DNA from: Chromera velia
Taxonomy: Eukaryota
DNA: 46,927 nt
Reading direction: 5' to 3'
NCBI GenBank assembly: GCA_018398765.1
Contig: JAHBMJ010000511.1
Location: 1-46,927 of the forward strand
The notes under the pieces were generated by a model. It made no database searches, had not been told where the DNA came from, and saw only the letters and a program-made list of their open reading frames with translations. Made by a program: the position numbers and the translations under genes. This document shows positions 33,592 to 46,531 of this stretch, piece by piece. How positions within the stretch are numbered: position 1 is the stretch's first letter; every line of letters starts with the position of its first letter.

Positions 33592-36500
33592 ATGCAGGCG
33601 TCCAATCCCCAGACAATGGGAACAATGGACCTGGAGGCGGGACGGTGTGCTCCTACTTCTGTGAGGGCAGAACACCCAGAGCGTACCCCGCAGTATCGAG
33701 TTGCCTGGGAAGCGTTCTCTTCCCTTGTGGCCGCAGAATTTGTCTTCGTCCTTTTTGCAATTTTTATTCCAGACGCAGTCTCTGCAAGTCTCGGCTTTGT
33801 CGCTGTTGCATCTGCAGCGTTTGTACTCTGGAAACGGCAGATTTCAGTCCTGTTCCTGAGTTTTGTTCTCCACGCTGTCTACTTTGCCGTCACTCTGGTG
33901 ATTGCGACAGGGCAACTGGGGATCTCTGCCCTCTACTACTACCAACCCAATACTCCTCTGTGGGGAATTATTATTGGGCAGGTCACCGTTACAGGCATTT
34001 TGCTTCTGATGATGCTGGTTGTCTGTGTGATGGGCCAGTTCCGTTCGAAAGACCAGATCCTCAGGGGAGAGACGAGGGAAAGAATTGAGCGTTTCACAGA
34101 CAACGTTCAAGGCGTCTCCCAACGCAGCGCCCAATTCGTGAAACACCAGACAGCAAATTTCAGAAGATCCGTCACAGCCCTCTCGGCTGCCGGGTATTCA
34201 GCCCTTCGTCGTATGAGCACAGGCAGCGGGGGGAACGAGGGCGAGGCTCTTCAGTCTGGTGCTGCTATCAATAAAAATTCTCTAGAGAAAGGGGGCCCCC
34301 TTGACACCCACCGTGGTTCGATCGGGTACTCCACCGCCCTCGGGGTTTCTGACGCCGAGGTCGAGGCCCTAGAGCGGGGCCAGGGCCCGCCAAGAGACTC
34401 GAAGGAAGAGGTGGGAGGGGCAGCAGAGGGAGGAGACGGATCACCCCTGAAGGCACACGAAGAAGTGCAGGGCAGAGCGGCAGTGGAAATGCCCTCAGTG
34501 CACAGGGACGTTGTGGGTGCTGCAGGGGTAATGGATGCAGTGAAGGGTGTTCCTACAGACAAAAAGGGGCAGCAGGACGAGGAAGAGAGGAAGACAACCT
34601 TCGAGGATGAGGCCTCTCGTGGGCCTGTCCCAAGCGTCCAGGCACCCCTGGCACCCCCCCAAGGAGTGGTCACTAGTGCCAAGACCGTCACGGAGGGGGA
34701 GGGGGAACCCGAACCTCCTGTAGACACCTCCAATGCCCCCACAGCAATTGCCCCCCTTGCCCTGGCGGGTGCGTTCTCTTCTGCAGGGCGTGCGAGTGCG
34801 GACAGAATGCTCGACCGTTCTCAGCCGTTTTCGTATGACTTCACCAACAGAGCGCAGGAGAGCGGAGAAGAAGAGCCCCCCCTCTCTGGTCGAATCCGCG
34901 GTGAAGATCTCGAAGCCGTGCAGGGGGGAAAGAAGAAGAAAAAGAAGAAGCAGACAGAGGAAGAAGATGACAACCCCGCCGCCAACCTCTCGTCCGCATT
35001 CAACCGTCGTGCCGGTTCCGCCGACGCTCTCCGCTCTGGTCCCCCCGCCGGCTTCTTTGGAGAGTACACCGCCCCCCCCTCCGAAGTAGCTGGCCCCACA
35101 CAAGGCCAAGAACCCGCCTTCAACAATTCGATGGGTGCAGAACCCCAACCGCAGTCATCGAGGGCGAGGCAGCAACAACAGGGCCCGAGGGGTGTGTTTG
35201 CAGCCCTCATGGACTCAGCTCGCTCCTTCATGTCCTCTGGAAACCTTCGAACTCTACAGCCCCCCGCTAATCACCCGATCAATCTGCCCTCCGAGTCCCA
35301 GCAGCAAAACAACCAAAACGCACCCCCCAGGAGAATCGCCAAAACTTCCGCCAATCTGCGCAACATACCTGGCGGAAGCGCCCCCCGATTCGCTCCTGTG
35401 TCCAAGCCCCCTGCCGCAGTGGCAGAGGAAGAAGACCAAACAGCTCCAGCAGCAGCAGCGGGAGCAGGAGGTCCGGCAGAGCTCCCCGATATGGACCCTC
35501 AACTGAAGGCAACCCTCGAGAGTCTTCCCCCCCCCCAGCAAGCAGCCCTCCTCAGATCGTTGGAGGTCAGAAACATGCCAGCACCCCCTCCCATGCCTGG
35601 TGTCGACGGTATGCGTGTGGGGTTCGCCACGCAGACCGATGGGGAGCAGCCGGGGCAAATGGTTCAAAACCCGCCCCCGCAAAGCAGCATTGAGGGTTCT
35701 GAAAGAACGGGAGGGAATAGCCTTTCCCAAACCCAGGAGAACTTGAGAGAGGCGGAGATCAGATTCCAGAGAGCGAAGGGAACACCCGCACCCCCAGGGC
35801 CTCCCATCACCACCCTGCCAATGGATGAGTTCCTCGCTCTGCAGAGACAGAGACAGGAACAGCAGAAGGGACTTGCCCGGCTGCCCAAGTCTACCTCCAG
35901 ACTCACGGATGGGGGAGCCTTCGAAGGAGCAGAGAGGTACACCCAGGCCAAGAGAGGTACCGGTGAGTTCGTCTTGTTGTTGACACCTCTATTACATTTT
36001 GCTGCCCCCCCCCCTCCCTTCCCTGCTCTTCCTACCCATACATCGCCCCCTGCCTGTCTGCCCCCTGTCTGTTGCCATCCTATCTCCTTGTCTGCCTCAC
36101 GCTCTCGCCTTCTGTTCAGTGAATGAGTTGATCCATCTGTACTCTTTTTCCTTCTGTCTGCCTGCCTGTGTTGAGTGTCTGTTTGTATCTTTGTCCACCG
36201 GACAATCTCACCCGGTGTCCCCCCCCGTGCATTCCCTGCATGTCTCTCCTCTCTCCACAGGCAACCGAAAGCTGGCGGCTCCTTCGAAGGCCGCCGGGCG
36301 ACTTTCTGTCCAGCCTGTGGCAGAGGAGGACGAGGGAGAGGCCGACAAGGACGAGTACTTCTCCCCCCAGGAGACGGCGACGGGAGGAGACGGAGGGGCG
36401 ACAGCAGCCATCGGAGACGGCGCCGCCCTGCCTCCTCCTCGGGTGGACTCGGAGGCTGCGAGGAGAAAGAAGGAGTGGGAGGAACAGGTCAAGACCTCCC

Positions 36501-38334
36501 TGGCTGCTGCAGAGAGCGGAGCCAGGTCGGTTAGAAGACACCACTGCATGCATCGTCATAAGAGATGATTGAGTAAGCCGTGAACAGACGCAGCACTCTT
36601 TGTGTCGGTCCTCTTCTCTTTTTCTTTTCGATGTCCCCCTTTTCTCGCGAGGGGGCCGTTTGCTGCTTGCCTCACGCCGACCGACTGGTTTTGTGACTTC
36701 TAGTCACCGTCCTCTTGCAAAAGACAAGAGACCAAACGCATGTGATGAAACGGGAGAATTGACTGGGAGGTGGTAGTGATCCGTTTGCAGAGAAAAAAGA
36801 CAGTGAGTGGCTGGTATAAAGAGCAAGTTCTTTACAGAACAGAGTTCAGTAGTACAGGTCCTTCTTTTATTTCTTCCGCTCTTCTTCCCGTTCGCTGTCC
36901 TTTTCTTTTTCTGTTGCCCTTTCTTTCTCTCTGTGTATGCAGGAATGCTCGGCAAGTGAAGCTCGGGCAGAGGAAGGCCGACGACGTTGTGGAGGATTCG
37001 AGGGCCGAGAGGGAGAACCTTCAGGGAAATTCTCCCTCTGTACCCCCCTCCCTCTCTCCAGCACCAGCAGGAGTGAGACCCTCGTCGGCCTCCAATGCGG
37101 TTGAGCCGCGGGGCCTCTCTCCCCTCCGGAGCTACGCTGTGGTGAATGGCTGCGTAGGAGAGGTGGGAGCCTCAGTGGCACGCAGGGAGGACAGGCCGAC
37201 GATGTGTTTGAAAAACCCGGAGGAAGAGGAGTCGCGTCCGATTGCCGAACTCAAGAAGGCTGCTCTCCCGAATATCTCAGCTGACGGTACCCACATTCGT
37301 CACTTGGCCAATGAACAACAGCGCGAAAAAGAAGGAGCGAGGGGAAAGGGGGATGTGACAAGTCGGGACTCTTCCCCAGACCGGGTGGCTGAGGGGGCAG
37401 CTGAGGGGGTGAGGACAGGAAACCAGACGCACATTCCCTTCGCAGGCCCCTTCCACCAACAGCAGGAACAGACGGGGACCGGAACGACCCCCCCTCTCGG
37501 GCCCTCTGGAGCTCTTGTGAGTCCTCTGTCTGTGTGTGCATGACGCTGGTCGGCTTCTGTTTGAACGAACGGATGAATGAATGTCAAAAGGCCAGTCCTG
37601 GATTCAACGCGTGTCCCTCAACCCACTTCACTTCTCCTCTCTCTCTCCTTCCAGCAGGGCAGGCAGCTGAGCAAGTTGCCATCTTGATGCACTCCAAGAC
37701 TTCATTTTCGACCGTTTTCTTAATTTTCCTTCCTGCCTGCCCCCCCCTGTATTCCTTTCCTTCGTTCTCTTTCTGTGTCGTTTTTGCACGTTGATCTCTT
37801 TCTGCACCTTTCTCCGTGTGTCGTACATCGGCCCGGTCTTTTCTCTCTGTGGGCGTTCATGCTTGCAGGCTTCACGCAGTCATATGCCTCCCTTCGTCAA
37901 CCAGGCGGCTGCTGTCGTTGCGGGTTTGGGCGCAGACAGGGAGAGGGCCGGGAGTGTGAGGAGCGGTGCCGTGCTCTCCTCGCGTCGTGGCAGCGGTGCA
38001 AACACACACGGTGGGAGTGCCCTTCTGGGAGGGTACAACAAGCTCCGCGATCCGAATCGGTCAATTGTTGCCGACGCTGCGAACAAAGAAGAGGCTTTGA
38101 GGTGAGTGTTCCTTTCTACCTTTTTGTCTTCGTCTGCTGGTTCATAATGGAATGAACATCTCCTTTTCTCTCCGAGAATGTCGAAGGACTCTGGAGAGAG
38201 TTCGTTGAGTCTGTTCAACGATGGGAGGGGAGAGGAAATGATTTGAGACATCTTCCGCGGAGAGCTGACTGCTCTTACGCTGTCTTTCGGTGTTCGACCG
38301 TGCGCACGAATGCGGAGTCACAAAGCACAACAGA

Positions 38335-38405
<71 letters not shown>

Positions 38406-40422
38406 GTCGTGATGAGTCTCCGCCTTCCCCCCCCTCTCTCTGTCGCCCCTTCTCTCTGCAGGGCCCAGCAGGCCATACGTGAAAACTTTCTGAGGAACCA
38501 GCAGGGAGCCGCGGCCGCAGACGGCACAGGAGTCGCAGAGGGGGAGGGCCCTCAAATTGCGTCTGTGCCCCCCGTGCCCCTGTTCCTCCAGAACCCCCCC
38601 GCAGAGGTGGCCCGCATCGCTGCAGCTGCGGCAACAGGGGGTGATTTCCCTCTGCAGCAGTCCGGTGCGACGGTCGACAAAGTGCCCGAACAGGAGAAGA
38701 GACTGGAGGGATCAGCTGACGGCGTGACTGCCCGTCTCCGAGAGGGGGGGGCCCTCCATGGGGCTGTGATGCCTTCCAACCGCCTTCCCCAGAGCGAACA
38801 GATGCCTCAGACCTCGGGGGGAGGGCAGGTGCCGGTGCCCCCTCCCGCAAAGAACACCAAACAAGGGTGAGTGCCGTGCTGTTTTTCTTTCCTTTTGGAT
38901 TCGTTCTTCTTCTCATTGGCTTGAGTCCCTTCACTTTCCGGACTCAAAAGCTTGAGGAGGTGGAGAGGATACCTGCTCATTCAAAGAAGAAGTACATCGG
39001 CATCCATGCTTCTGTCAATACACCACAAGATATGCATTTGGCTTTTTGTCCGAACCATGGGAGCCAAGCACCGATCTTCTTCACTCCCCTTCAAAATGAC
39101 CGCTTGTAAGAATTGTGTGTGTGTGTGTATGTGTGTGTGCGAATCTGTATCTCCATCTGTGTCTGAGTGACTGCAGCTCTGCAGCCGCCCGCGGTCCGTG
39201 TGACTCCCTGGGCGAGCACAGGTCCTCCACGCCCCCCCTCCAACGAGTCTGCGTTGCATATGCACAGCAGCAGCAGCCACAGGGGGAACAGGGCACAGGC
39301 ACACAGCCTGAATCTGCCCCCCCTGCTGGCGCCTCCAACGGAGTCCCTGTGACTGCAGGAGGCAGCCAGTGGCGGCGCAACCCGACCGATGAGGACCCGA
39401 CGGCCCTCCTGAGGCAGCTCGAGGAGGTGCGCCGCCAAAAGCAGGAGGAAGCGATGCGCAACGCAGCAGCAAGTGGGTGTGTCCCCGTGACGACGTCCGG
39501 GATGACCCCCCCGATTCCGTCTGCCCCGGTGCCTGTGGGGGGGGAGATGGAGGGCTCTGCTGCTGATGCCCTCAGAGCGATGGCTGCACAGGGTCGGGTG
39601 ATTCCTGTCTCTCCTACTCAGTATCAGCGTCCCGTTCCGCAAATGCCCCCCAGCGCAGAGGCTGCCCGGACAGAGGATGATCAGTGGCACGACTTGGCTG
39701 ATAAGGAGAGTGAGGAGGAATCGGAGGAGCAGGAGGAAGAGGAAGAGAGCAGCAACGAGAGTGCAGGAAGTTCGGAGGTGGAGGAAGTTGAGGGCACAGA
39801 TGAGAGCCCCCCCGGCACTTCCGAGTTTGCCTCCCCGAGGGGGGACATAGAGGAAGACCCGACACCCGAGGAGGATGCCGACGCAGCCCCTAGTGAGCCT
39901 TCAGAAGGAGTCTCTGAGGAGTCCCCTGGAAGAGACGATGAGGAAGAGCAGAGTGAGGCAAGTCACGGTGAGTCCATCGTCAGTGGAGAGGGAGAAGGCC
40001 AAGAGGGGGCTGCAAACACACAGCCTGCTCTCCAAACCCCTCCAATGCCGGGCAGAGACGCGACTGATCTCAGATTCAACCCACGCAGCCACGTGCCCCC
40101 CCCCCGTCCCGACAGAGAAAACGGGGATGCCCCCAACCCAAACTCTGCCTTGGGATTAGGATTCATCAAAGAAGATGAAGAGGATGAGACGCAGAAGGAT
40201 GAGAGCACACCCACACCCCCAGAGAATTGCCCCACTGACCCCTCACCCCAGCAGAAGATCGGTCAGTCTCCTCAAAGACACCAGCAGGAGAGCCAACAGG
40301 GGGGGGCGGCCCTCCCCTTCCCTTCCCTCTCGGGGTCCGGGCCTGCAAGTGCAAGTGCAGGGGGGGACGGGCCCACTGAGGAAGAGAAGAAGGAAGACTC
40401 AAACGACAACGGAGAGAAGTGA
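33592..40422 (+). CDS. Large protein (~1700 aa) with an N-terminal 4-TM bundle and a long low-complexity/disordered C-terminus, 6 exons
   Basis: Inferred exons: 33592-35962, 36261-36525, 36943-37516, 37869-38101, 38462-38866, 39177(or 39222)-40422. GT-AG introns with compatible phases. Four hydrophobic helices in the first ~150 aa, then P/Q/E/A/G-rich sequence. Confidence 0.82.
38341..38406. repeat. Intronic compound (CT)n(GT)n microsatellite
   Basis: Seen directly in intron 38102-38461. Confidence 0.9.
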
Positions 40423-42073
40423 ACAAACGAGATGGAGAGAAGTGAACAAACGAGATCTCGTGAGAAAGGGGGGGTGAAATAAACTGTCTTCCTCGTCTTT
40501 TTGTCTTCTTGGTAGGAGAAAAAAGAAGGACGAAGGGGAGAAGTGAAAACGTCCTCCTGGAGGTTCTCTGTCGGTATGTCTGTTTGTCTGTTTGTGTCCC
40601 TCTCCTTCCCAACAAGTCTCTTTTTTCCCGTCTTGTGACTCTTTTGTGTCTGTCTTGCCCCTGTTGAGATGCCTGTCAGGAGGAAGGTGGATACCAAAGA
40701 GGGCTCACCCTTTCTCTTCCTGTATTCTTTCGTGCGCGTCTCGATTGAGATAGGAAAAGAAAAGCGGACGAGACGCAGGCACAATCACAGACAGACAGCG
40801 TGGGAGGCAACAAAGCAACGTCTGCCTGCCTACCGGGGGTATCGTCTTGATGAGCCCGTCTGTCGGTCTTGTTTGAAAAAAGGGGTGTGGAAAAATGCAG
40901 AATGAAATCAACAAATGACGAAGAACTCAATCAAGTGAAGGGTCAAGCGTAAATAGACAGACCCACCTGTCCATCTGTCGGCATGGGGGTGTTGTTCCCG
41001 GTCTGTTGTGTTCTGTGTGTCTTCTTTCTTTTCCTTCCTGCCTCACGATGTCCTCCTACCAACCTTCACATGCTCGATGCCCTCAGATTATTTATTTGAA
41101 AAGGAAAAGAAGAACTCGATCAAGGGGGTACCGAAGAAAACAAGGGATCCCCCAATCTGCCTCTAGAAATCAGTCAACAAAATTCACCGAGATGCAGAGG
41201 AAGAAAGCAAACACACGCCTTTGTCTACCTCATTTGTTTCGTGTCCTTCGACTGTCAACGACTTCCTTGACCAGCCGCCCTTTTCATTTTGCCCTCCTTC
41301 TTCTCTTCGTTCCATGCGCCTTCCGTCTATCCTGTCCCCCCTCATCTCTTGAGGTCAAAGTCGGCCACGAAAGAGAAGACAGAGAGAGGGAGGGAGAACG
41401 GTCAACAAGAAACCAACAAAGAAATGTCCTCTGGGCTGACGTGGCTGGGAAGTGTGTGTCTGATTTTTTCCTTTTTTGTCTGCATGAGGGTTTGGTGTGA
41501 CTCCATGTCTTGCATCCGTCACACCCAGCCTCGCAAGCTTTGTTTTCGCCTCACTTCTTTCAGCCTTTTCGATGTCTAGACGGAATAGCGACGAAGTGAT
41601 GAAGGCCTTTGTTGTCTGAATCAATTGAAAAAGTCAGATAAGGGAGAACACAGAGCTCGGTGAAAGAGCACGCGCTCCAATTCTTGTGTCCCTTCTCTCG
41701 AATCGGTCCTTTGTTCCCTCTTCTTTTGTTTTGCTCCTTCTTCTTTTGTTTGTCTGGCTGCACTGGTGCTTCTGTATGCTTTTTCCTTCGCACGAATGCG
41801 TCTAAATGACTGTTTTTTTCTGTCGTGCACTGCGTGTAACCGACTGACTGACTGACTGACTGACTGTGCATGCAGACGAGAGCAGTTCGTCTCTGTTCGT
41901 TCGTTCATAAAGATGTCTGCCTGCCTGCCTTCGTTGACATAGCACGGGAGACAGGCGAATTGAGTAGACAGATCGAGAGACCGTCTCTCAGCCAGTCAGA
42001 TCAAGGGGGGTTGTACAGCTGGGGACAGAGGGAGGGAGATCATTCACCGTCTCTCTCTTGCCCCCCCCCCCCC

Positions 42074-42388
42074 NNNNNNNNNNNNNNNNNNNNNNNNNNN
42101 NNNNNNNNNNNNNNNNNNNNNNNNNNNNNNNNNNNNNNNNNNNNNNNNNNNNNNNNNNNNNNNNNNNNNNNNNNNNNNNNNNNNNNNNNNNNNNNNNNNN
42201 NNNNNNNNNNNNNNNNNNNNNNNNNNNNNNNNNNNNNNNNNNNNNNNNNNNNNNNNNNNNNNNNNNNNNNNNNNNNNNNNNNNNNNNNNNNNNNNNNNNN
42301 NNNNNNNNNNNNNNNNNNNNNNNNNNNNNNNNNNNNNNNNNNNNNNNNNNNNNNNNNNNNNNNNNNNNNNNNNNNNNNNNNNNNNNNN
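42074..42388. other. Assembly gap (N run) flanked by poly-C
   Basis: Run of n. Confidence 1.
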
Positions 42389-45279
42389 CCCCCCCCTTCC
42401 TCGAATTTCTCGTGTCTGATCTACATGGAAAACATGCTGGCACAAAGGAGAGGCAAGTTCGCGAATCAAGGTGGCGGGCCTGTCATTTCTGCCACCCCCT
42501 TTTCCTCTGATTGATGTAAATGTGGAGGCGGGTTTGTCTAAATGCTTACCGTACCGTCTTTCCTTGCTTCTTTGTCTCAGTCTATCTGTCTACCTGTTTG
42601 TCTGCGTTTTTACTCGTCTACAGGAACCAACTTCTGGAGCAGGAAATGAAAAAAGGAAAAGGGCGCGTGGATTCCCAGAAGGAAAAAGGGGCTCCCACAA
42701 CTGGAAAACACAGGGAAAGAGGAAGCGATGGCTTTTTGTCATTCGGTTCCTTCTGGCAGCGGGGGAGAAAAGAGGAAGTGGAGGTCCACTCGAAAAGTGA
42801 CCGTGTTCCCTCTGGCTCCTTCCTTCTTCGTCCACTGACACGCAGAAAGAAAAAGAACGAGACAGAAGGGAAGAGGGATGGAGGGGGCTTCCTTCCTCTC
42901 TTCTCCACTGCTTCCTCTTTCTCTTTCTCCGCTCGTCGAAGGTGATAATCCGTGTCAGGGTTCTTTCTTTCCTTCATTCCGTTCTCCCTCCCTTCTAGAC
43001 TCACCCCCCTTCCATGGGAAGTGATCGATCTCGTATTGAATCGAAGTGCGCCATCCGTCCTTTCTCTTTGTTTCTTTTCTTCTTGCATGTATACGCTGAT
43101 GCGCTCCTTCCCCTTCCCGGAAAGTGAGAAAGAGAGCCTGTGATTGAATAGGTCAAGCGGGCAAGCTGCCCATTGAGCATTTGGGCATGTGGGTGGGTGG
43201 GTGCATGGGCAAGGCGGAGGGGTGAGAAGGTATCGATCCGTTAATCAATTAATTAATTAATAATTAAGAGCCGCTCTCCTTTTTTGTTGTTTCGTGCACA
43301 TAGTGGAGAGGCCGGCAGATGCAGCCAGAAAGGCAGAAAGAAAGAACGGAAATTTGTTGTTGCTGTTTTTGCGTCCTGTTTTTGTTTCCCGAATCGCGCG
43401 TAGTTCTGGAGTGTGGTGAATGGCAAAAAGAAAAGATGGCAGGGAGAGCAAGGCAGCCAGGGAGACAAAGCGAACCGTACAGAGAGGCAGAAGGCAAGAA
43501 AAAACCCGGCCCGCAATGGAACGACAAACGGATAAACTCTCTAGCGGGATTCGACTCGACCTGCCTGACTGACTAGTCGACTATTTCTGCCTCTCTTTAC
43601 CTTTCCCCTTTTCTTCTCTGACCTTGTGGAAAGGGCGCCGTTCTGCTGAAGAAGCATCTGCAGTTGGAGCAAACTTGTCCTCCTTGTACATTTCGTTGTC
43701 TCGTCTCTCCACCCAAATATTTGTCTCATGGGGTCCTTCAACGGTCAGAGATCGCATCCGTCCGTTTGCCGTTCTCCGTCTCTCTGTTTGATTGTCTGTT
43801 TGTTTGTGTTCCTGGGTGATTGATGTGAGCTGACTGACTGACTGCTCACTAAATGTCTGACTTGAAGAGGATTCATCCCCTCTCTTTTGTTGCTGTTTTT
43901 TTATTTCTTTTCCTACCCCGCATGCATCTGCAAGATAGATTCAATACGGCCCTCGTCATTTCAACTTTTCCCCATTCGTCTCACCCCCTCTTCATCATCT
44001 GTCCATCCATTTCCTCGCCCCCATTTCCCTCCCAGCAATCCTCTCTCCTGCTCGTCAGCGCGACTTCCCACTCACTTCTGTCTTTCGTGTTCATGCTGCT
44101 TGGTGGCGGGGGAAGAAAGAAGAAGAGGAAAGAGGGTCCGGAGAAGAGTCCGGTCCTCCCTGAATCCGTGAAATCATCCACGTTGTCAGTCTTTCTTTCG
44201 TGCGTCTGGATGAACTGGCTCGCCGTCAAAATAGACACGGCGCTCGTACTCTCTCTCAGACTGTCTTCCTTTTTTCTCTCTTGGTTGTTTCTTGACTTGG
44301 GGGCTTCATTCAGATCCAGTTGATGCCTCTCCCTCTCAAGGGGAGCGGGCTTTGGGCAGGTGGGGGAAGGGAAGAGAGAAGATGCCTTCTTCTTCTACTG
44401 CGAGTCGGTCCAATCCCCTTATCAGATCCTGCGCTGCTTCTTTTTCCTTCCCCTTCTACTCTCTGCCTTCAAACAAAAGAAGAGCAAGGAGAAGAGATAC
44501 GTTGAAGAAGGGGGAAGAGAGAGAGACAAGAGCCCGGAGGGGGGTGAGGGGGAGCAAACGACTTCGAGGTAGAGACACTCCCCCACAAAGGAGGGAGAGG
44601 GGAGCTAGGAGGAGGGATGCTTCTTACAGCTGAGAAGGGAGTGACCTCGGCAGGCAGGTTTTTCTTCCTCATTCCCTCATATGCGCGTCTGCATGCTTCC
44701 CATGAAGATCTGCCGTCCTGTGGAAGACGAGAGATCCGGCGAAGTGGAAACAGGGGCTTACTCCTGTCATGCATTTCCTCTGGTCGGGCTGGGTGTTGTG
44801 GGAAGGAGAACAAATGAGAGAGAGAGCGCGCGAGGAACTCGGTCAACAGGCCTCATTCCGTTCAAAAGAGAAAAAACGGGAAACGGAAAAGAATTGACGG
44901 GAGGAGGAAGTAGCTCAATCCTTTGTTTCTCCCCACCTCGCCCTCCATCTTTTCCTCCCTCTCCTTCATCTAGCACTGACTCAGAGCTCGGTGTCAAATC
45001 GACAAGTCGCAAAGGCAAGGCACTGGTTAGAAAGAGGATGCGTGATACATCATATGATACAAACCCAGGTGTAATGAAATACACTGACAGCGGAGACTCG
45101 CCTGACTTGATTTCTGATCAGTGAAGTGCAGTATCCCCCTTTTTCTGATCGAGCCGCAGCCAGAAAGTTTTCTGATCGAGCTGCAGTAGGGATTCCCCTC
45201 TTCTCTCTCCCAAGCCATCGCCCCAGCGAAGGACGGAATGCCTCTTTCCTCCCGGAAATCATCATTCCAATTCCTCCCC

Positions 45280-45850
45280 ATAACCTCGGGCCTAGGGGGG
45301 GGCACTCTGGAAGGTTATGGTAGATTTTGAGCCCAGAATGACATAAAATGTGAACAAAAACAGATTTTTGTGAGCTAGTCCGGCAACCTAGAGCTCTGCC
45401 TGATCAAGTTACGTCAAAATCTGATGTTTTTGAAGTGTAGGCTACGTGGTTACTTTGGGTTACCCCCTTTTTATCTTTGTCATACAAAGAGGTTACAGGT
45501 TACCCGGGGGGCCCGGTTACGAGCATTTTAACCTCAGTAACCGACCAAATTTTCAACTTTTGAAAACATTCAAAATGATGTTTAGAACACATTTGAATGT
45601 TTTTTTAGGGAGGTTACTTCATTTTTGAGGGGGGTCAAAAAATGTTATGGGTTACCCGGTTACGGGGGGTTTAGGGGTAAAGTGAGTATGACACATCATT
45701 TTTCATCATTTTTTACCATAACCTGAATTGTTTAAGAATATTTGACAATCTTAAAGCCAGTTTTGTGAATAACCAAACGTAACTAATCGATTGGTACTAC
45801 TTTTGACTGATGGTTACATGTTATACGTTATAGGGGGGGGGTGTAGGGTA
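45280..45850. mobile_element. GGTTAC/GTAACC-rich region resembling a DNA-transposon subterminal array
   Basis: About ten GGTTAC-like motifs in both orientations in AT-rich DNA. Short inverted repeat CCATAACCT/AGGTTATGG at ~45278-45320. Confidence 0.45.
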
Positions 45851-46531
45851 TTAGCAATACTTGACAACTATTACAATTGGCAGTTAGCTCAACAGCTACA
45901 TTTCTTGCCAAATTGACACTGCCATGATTAGCTATGATATATGTTGAAACTCTGGTGACTCGATCGGCTATAGGGAGCCCGGGGGCCCTGCTGCGCGTCC
46001 CGCGCGCGCGACGCGCGGCGCCGCCATGCGCCGCCTCCCGCCGGGGCCCCTAACCAATTAAGTCGCAGAGGCCACAACAACAGCTGGTCGATCGACTTGC
46101 AATCTTTGTTAGAGTTCCAAACTCACCATCAGCTGGTCCGCTCTTCAGTTTGTCTTTGGTGCTCAAAATGCGGCCAAAACAGGTTCGAGCAGCCTTTCGG
46201 TCCCTTGTGGACCTTGCTCGGCCAAGTTACCTCCAGATCATCCCACAACAGCAGCAACAACAATTCCTCCAACCTCCTCCCCAGTTCATGGTGCCTCCTC
46301 ATCAGTGTTAGGGTTAAAGCCCTAAGATGAGAGGTGGGTCCAAAAAGCATTTGTTTGTTAAAATTACTCAAAAATATGCTGAACGGGCCCTAGTTTTAAA
46401 AAAACTGAAATTCACTAAAATCAACTGAAATTATAACTAAAGTCAGAAACCGCTCGATCCTAGTTCTTCAATTTCAGGTTCCCTTTAAAAGACTCTAGCT
46501 CTGACTTGAATTGATAGAAACTAAGAAAACG

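Noticed and set aside
43590..45100. Possible minus-strand exons (e.g. DGRSSWEACRRAYEGMRKKNLPAE at ~44647-44718)
   Set aside because: Splice-like signals are present, but no coherent gene model or family could be built.
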